A stretch of 64,000 bases of DNA from Hypanus sabinus (Eukaryota), in the NCBI RefSeq assembly GCF_030144855.1, contig NC_082731.1, forward strand, positions 24,862,001-24,926,000, read 5' to 3'. Below, piece by piece: positions 62,210 through 64,000 of the stretch (positions are counted from its first letter, which is position 1; each line of letters begins with the position of its first letter). The position numbers and the translations under genes were made by a program. Below the pieces are notes generated by a model. That model did no database searches. It was not told the origin of the DNA and saw only the letters and a program-made list of their open reading frames with translations.

Positions 62210-62882
62210 CGTACAATAGACAATAGACATTAGGTGCAGAATTAGACCATTCGGCCCTTCGAACCTGCAGCGCCATTATGAGATCATGGCTGAACATCCA
62301 CTATCAATACCCGGTTCCTGCCTTGCCCCATATTCCTTGATTCCCCTATCCATGAAATACCTATCTAGATCCTTCTTGAAAGCATCAAAAGAATTGGCCA
62401 CCACTACCTTCCGAGGCAGTGCATTCCAGATCCCCACAACTCTCTGGGAGAAGAAGTTTTTCCTTAACTCTGTCCTAAATGACCCACTCCTTACTGTCAA
62501 ACCATGCCCTCTGGAACTGGACTCTCCCAGCATATGGAACATATTTCCTGCCTCTATCTTGTCTAATCCCTTAATAATCTTATATGCTTCAATCAGATCC
62601 CCTCTCAATCTCCTTAGCTCCAGCGTGTACAAGACCAGTCTCTCTAACCTCTCTGCGTAAGACAGTCCGGACATCCCAGGAATTAACCTCGTGAATCTAC
62701 GCTGCACTTCCTCTACAGGCAGGATGTCCTTCCTTAACCCTGGAGAACAAAACTGTACACAATACTCCAGGAGTGGTCTCACCCGGGCTCTGTACAAATG
62801 CAAGATGATTTCCTTGCTCTTGTACTCAATTCCCTTTGTAATAAAGGCCAACATTCCTTTAGCCTTCTTCACTGCCTGCTGC
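62210..62882 (-). mobile_element. 5'-truncated CR1 LINE 3' end
   Basis: ORF 62276-62872 is nearly identical in motif to 29012-29821 and has the same (ACAATAG)n tail. Confidence 0.92.
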
Positions 62883-64000
62883 AGGACAGATTTTTATCAC
62901 TATGATAAAATTTGTAACTGCAGCTAAGAAAAGTGATTTCAGAAATAACCCAGCAACGAGTGTCTCGACTTTATACGTTGATGCTTTTCTGTTAACTATT
63001 ATTCCAAATGCGTTTTGTCAAATTAAATTGAACCACAGGGTTAATTGCTGGAGGCTTACAGTGTTTTGAAACACATTTTGCAAGGAGGATAAAAGTAAAA
63101 GGAAATTGTTGACGGTTCTCGATAAAGTTCGATTTTCATACTTTGCACAGTTGTGATGATGAATCGACAAAAATTTTCGTCCATTTTCCTGCATTACTAC
63201 ATAGCTCCAAACTACAATTTCAGTGTGACAGATGGGAAAGACAGGGACAATGCTTTCGATTGCGTTATATTAAGAGTGGAGGAACAGCAAGTTACAGTTA
63301 CGATGATAGCAAACATACCAAATTCAGCGAGGTTTCTGTATAAGGAGGTATTGCATGAAAGCTATGCAAATGTACCACTCGACGAATTTGGGAAAGATTT
63401 TTAAGCCCTGAATTTAAAACAAAACTTGTGCAAAACGAGGTTATGAAATAGATTTGGCAGATAATGAGAACACGAAATATTGGTTAAGCTATTGTAAATT
63501 TGCTATTAGTTTCGATGTTGAATACTGGAACATTGGTAATGTTCCTGTTGGAAACGGACCCAGCCGTGCAGGCTTCCGGGGCTTAGACACACCAACTCTC
63601 TGGGACATGGATACCGATCGCACCCTCTTTAAAAAAACATGCTGTCCCGCTAACTGGTGGACATGATTTAGCCCCAGGATATAATATTCGATAAAATCCT
63701 GATGGGAAGTACGGTGCACAATCGTAAGCTCATCTGCATTACCGACCAGACTCCACTTTTCTTGATTACGTGTCTTGAGACCCAGGCAGTCTCCGATACC
63801 CCAGCAGTTACCTAATTGTTCTCTTCAAGCTATTTCCTCGCAATGCGACCGACCCAGCTTGAGTACTGCTGCATACAACAGACTTTTGTAAGCTGTGCTT
63901 CACTGCAAAAATATCAAGACAGTGGCCTTATGTACACGAACTCCAGATTGTCCTGTGTCAACTATCGCTGGGCGGAAGAGGGAGTCGCTCTGATGAGGCT

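Noticed and set aside
63143-63404. Overlapping ORFs after an acceptor-like site as a possible constant-region exon
   Set aside because: No C1-set Cys/Trp pattern recognised.

Overview
Repeat-rich vertebrate genomic DNA, inferred to be from a cartilaginous fish (possibly a ray), within the TCR alpha/delta locus. The key content is two tandem NAR-TCR (doubly rearranging TCR delta) cassettes on the + strand, about 21 kb apart. The cassette at 23995-27003 appears intact: leader, IgNAR-like V with 23-RSS, D flanked by 12/12 RSS, J with 23-RSS, then a leaderless supporting TCR delta V with 23-RSS. The cassette at 2685-5571 is a decayed paralog with the same layout. No TCR delta D, J or C was found in the window. 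The rest is mostly transposon debris: a two-LTR Gmr1-like Gypsy element (integrase before RT) nested in a Penelope-like element, several Penelope-like elements with hammerhead motifs, CR1, Rex1 and L1-like LINEs, and a class I ERV-like remnant. There are two assembly gaps and a few weak candidate decayed V segments. All alignments were done by eye; no database search was run.
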